Of a DNA stretch of 55,526 bases, positions 52,371 through 55,526 are shown piece after piece (the first letter of the stretch is position 1; the number at the start of each line of letters is the position of its first letter). The notes under the pieces were generated by a model. It saw only the letters and a program-made list of their open reading frames with translations. It was not told the DNA's origin and did not search any database. This stretch comes from Nitrososphaeraceae archaeon (GTDB lineage: Archaea; Thermoproteota; Nitrososphaeria; Nitrososphaerales; Nitrososphaeraceae): NCBI GenBank assembly GCA_035297365.1, contig DATGZA010000077.1:1-55526 (forward strand), read 5' to 3'. The position numbers were made by a program, and so were the translations under genes.

Positions 52371-52823
52371 ATGAGAAATATGAATGTACGAGAATATCTA
52401 ATGGATTCTTGTATTCCAATAAGACTTGCGTGTATTAATGCTGACGGATGGCCAATAACAGTATCTTTGTGGTATATATATCTAGAAGAGAAAATCTTTT
52501 GTGCTAGTCAAAGAAATGCCAAGATCATAGGGTATCTATCTAGAATTCCAAAATGCGGCTTTGAAGTGGCTGCTGATCTACCTCCATATCGTGGGGTAAG
52601 GGGATGGGGATATGCAAAATTAGACAAAGTCAGAGGAGTTGAAATCCTCTACATGCTCATCAAAAAATATTTAAGAGATGAAAAATCGTCGTTATCTAAT
52701 TTTTTGTTGAGAAGAAATGAAAATGAAATGGCAATCGAAATCACACCATTATCTACATTTTCTTACGACTATTCTGACCGGATGAAAGATATTGTAGTTA
52801 ATACGAAAGGAAGTTTGATATGA
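52371..52823 (+). CDS. Pyridoxamine 5'-phosphate oxidase-like (split barrel) protein
   Basis: RLAC...DGWP...SLWY, PYRGV.G.G, SYDY. Confidence 0.82.
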   Translation: MRNMNVREYLMDSCIPIRLACINADGWPITVSLWYIYLEEKIFCASQRNAKIIGYLSRIPKCGFEVAADLPPYRGVRGWGYAKLDKVRGVEILYMLIKKYLRDEKSSLSNFLLRRNENEMAIEITPLSTFSYDYSDRMKDIVVNTKGSLI

Positions 52824-53035
52824 ACAAGCATTAACATCATGATATACAAATTGATCAAATCTTATTCTAGTCTATTGGTTATAATTTTGAATTATTAAGC
52901 TAAAAATTTTATAATTACAAATTAAGTATTCATGATTATTTTAATAAAAACTAATCAATCATAATAAGCATTTTATAGATAAGAATGAATTATATGACCA
53001 CATAACTTTTAACTATATCCTCTCCATTATGTGTC

Positions 53036-53458
53036 TTGTTGTATTTAGTCAACGAAGAAATAATACGATTAATAGTAAAGCAGGAAAATTTGGTTTGGAT
53101 AGCGACTGTTGATTCAAAAGGTATACCAAACATTTCTCCGAGATTTGTTCTAGGTATATTAGAAGGTAATGATTTACTTTTTGCCGATGCATTTGGAAAT
53201 AAGACATTCAACAATATAATATCATGTCCCATAGTGGCAGTCGCAATATTAGATATCGATAACCTAGGGGGATATCAACTAAAGGGAAAAGTAGAGGAGG
53301 TGACAGACCCACAGTTATTTTCTAAAGCTGGAGCTAAACTTAGGGAATTTGGTATTGATGCCAAACCTGCAAAGGTATGGAAGTTTTCTGCCAAAGAAGT
53401 ATATTCTCTTGTCCCAAGCAAGAAATCAAAAAAACCTATTGTATCATTATATTCTTAG
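53036..53458 (+). CDS. PPOX-related FMN-binding split-barrel protein
   Basis: IATVDSKG.PN.SPR, FAD.F..KT..N, GYQLKG, EVYSL.P. Confidence 0.85.
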   Translation: MLYLVNEEIIRLIVKQENLVWIATVDSKGIPNISPRFVLGILEGNDLLFADAFGNKTFNNIISCPIVAVAILDIDNLGGYQLKGKVEEVTDPQLFSKAGAKLREFGIDAKPAKVWKFSAKEVYSLVPSKKSKKPIVSLYS

Positions 53459-54497
53459 ATTTTATATTTTGTGGTCCTTCAGATCGCTTGTCAAATTTGA
53501 ATGTGATTTTATTTTATTAATAGTATCTTTTATTATCATTGATTAATATAGTAGGATACACAGTCGATTTATGAGACCGGCTACTATATTCATAAATTAA
53601 ATTAACTTTTTCTCATTAGCTTCGGAATTTATTATATACTTAAAGGAATCATGTGAAGATTTCTTGTTATCATTTGCTTATAATCATAAATATTCAATAA
53701 TGCTTTGAAATATTTATCTAAATTATACTTGTTTAAAAATACTAACATGTTTATTGATAAACTATATTGGTTATTTCTACATTTACAGTTATTTAGATGC
53801 CAAATTTTATCTATAATTTTAATGAAAACAATACATGTTCGTAGCTGAAATCAGATTATTCAATCTGGTCATATTCTTTAAAACATCTGCTTACAAAGTT
53901 GAATCTTGTTCTACTGGGTTGCAAATTAAACAATTTGTGCATATTTATCAGTGATTACGAGAGAATACAGTACATAAAGGTAAGTTTGCTTTAGGTATGC
54001 TTAATAATCCAAAGCACTGGTAACAAATACAGCATTAACCGCAAATCAAATTTTTTTTGAATAACTGCATAATTAAATTAAACTATTATCTTATTGAAAC
54101 AGATAAGAAGAAACACACCTCTTCTTTATTTTATATCGATTATAAATAGATCGAATATTATAAAAAAATACACTTGAAACTGTATTGATACGGCTCCCAG
54201 AAGTTAAGTTTCAAGCTAAATCCTAGTAACTGTATAGTGCTTGTAGAAATATATTGAATTACACTTAATGCCTAGGAAAGCAACCCAAAAATGATTTATA
54301 AAGTTCCAAGAAGAAGGAATATAAAAAGATTAAGGAGATTAGAGAGTTTATTATAGTAAAATGAGTTGGTATTTTTTATCACGCTTAGTATTTTATAAAA
54401 CTTGAATTTGCCTTTTAATGTGTTGTGTATAGACACATATACAAATTGAAAAAAAGTATTATTGTTATTACTCTTAACGCTAGGAATCAAGTCTGTC

Positions 54498-55472
54498 TTA
54501 AATTATGGGCGGTTGTATCTCTCTTACACTCAAATTTCTAAAATCAACCAAGACATTATCCCATCTAAAAGTTGCAGTGGGGGAACCCCATGTGATTATT
54601 TCATCTTCTTTACCTTGACATTTATTACCATCTTTACCCCATCCTCCTTTATCTTGATATTCTGCAATTTTTATCCAAGTGCTATTTAAAAAAGGATCCA
54701 ACCAGTTTTCGAGCTTTACAGTACCATCTGGAAGATTATACATAATACCTTTAAACCTAAACCAATCTTTGTCAAGTTTACCAAACGGACTTTTATTCAT
54801 CTGTATTTTCCATGGTTTTGGATGTGTTTGTTCTTTGCTAATACTACTTGTTCCGTCAAAATGGATTTTAAGCTTATAACTTGATCCACCACATCCATTA
54901 TTTATAAGAGAATGATGCTCGGATCTAGCATAATGTGTGATACCTGGACCTTCGCCACTTTTATATAAATACTCTCCAGTAATTTCTACATTCTTCCAAT
55001 CTGTAGGTTTATACCAATAGCCTTTTTTTGAGAGCTCTGTAAAGTTATAAGTTTCCATATTTCCTTTTGGATAACCTATTCCGTCTTTGGAATATACTCC
55101 CATTCGGGATCTTTCGCCTATGCTATAACTCCCATCCTCATTCTTTACAATACTCTTATAATTATGCAAGTATGGATCTGATTCTGGATCATAATTATTC
55201 ATAAACCATTCAAAACCATTTTTTTTAGTAGGATAGATTTTCTTTATTCCAAATATATCGATATCCAAATTACTAAAATTTGCTGCCTGACCTTTTATTT
55301 CCACTTTATGAAGAGCAGCATCTTCTTGGTTTACAGATTCTGGATCTTTATATTTATTATTCTGTTGTGAAAATACTAAATTCTCATTTATAAAATAAAA
55401 AGTGGTAGCTATTAACAGAAAAAACGAAAAAAGTATTATAAAGCTAGTTTTTATTATTTTTTCCTTTTTCAT
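54498..55472 (-). CDS. Secreted Trp-rich beta-sandwich protein (carbohydrate-binding or lyase-like)
   Basis: Signal peptide; FGIKKIYPT, WKNVEITG, CGGSSYK, DKGGWG, ITWGSPTATFRWD. Confidence 0.7.
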   Translation of the reverse strand: MKKEKIIKTSFIILFSFFLLIATTFYFINENLVFSQQNNKYKDPESVNQEDAALHKVEIKGQAANFSNLDIDIFGIKKIYPTKKNGFEWFMNNYDPESDPYLHNYKSIVKNEDGSYSIGERSRMGVYSKDGIGYPKGNMETYNFTELSKKGYWYKPTDWKNVEITGEYLYKSGEGPGITHYARSEHHSLINNGCGGSSYKLKIHFDGTSSISKEQTHPKPWKIQMNKSPFGKLDKDWFRFKGIMYNLPDGTVKLENWLDPFLNSTWIKIAEYQDKGGWGKDGNKCQGKEDEIITWGSPTATFRWDNVLVDFRNLSVREIQPPII

Positions 55473-55526
55473 TCATAAATATAATAACAGTATAGATTTG
55501 AAAAAGGTTTTCATGTAATAAATATA

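Noticed and set aside
51660-54290. Long intergenic gaps around the PPOX genes checked for tRNA, C/D sRNA, CRISPR and IS ends
   Set aside because: No cloverleaf, paired C/D boxes, regular repeats or convincing transposase motifs seen by eye
746-54879. Numerous 60-135 aa ORFs antisense to or nested in well-supported genes
   Set aside because: Shadow ORFs with no motifs

Overview
AT-rich archaeal chromosomal segment. Gene content points to a soil ammonia-oxidising archaeon of the Nitrososphaeraceae, probably Nitrosocosmicus-like (inference): thermosome tail, archaeal ThrRS, FBP aldolase/phosphatase, aEF-2 with diphthamide loop, PurP family, MpgS, DpsL and F420-type LLM oxidoreductase. The first 14 kb is a cell-envelope glycan region. 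It holds an HprK-like P-loop protein, a Dol-P-sugar synthase, a GT-C transferase, a PQQ sugar dehydrogenase, a membrane-anchored AlgG-like beta-helix protein lacking the epimerase motif, a GH5 hydrolase, a hyaluronan-synthase-like processive GT2 and a truncated NDP-sugar dehydrogenase. Together these form a candidate archaeal synthase-dependent uronic-acid exopolysaccharide system. The middle carries housekeeping genes and an iron module: an FTR1 permease with repeated extracellular domains, a free-standing copy of that domain, and DtxR-like TTAG-N6-CTAA operators. Next to it is an unusual membrane protein fusing a class I phosphodiesterase-like HD domain to a degenerate SAM-methyltransferase fold. 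An IS630 remnant, small ORFs missed by the ORF track, a probably inactive HAD protein and a non-canonical PII were also found. The right end is gene-sparse, with flavin/F420 oxidoreductases. No tRNA, rRNA or CRISPR array was seen. All calls come from reading motifs by eye, without database searches.
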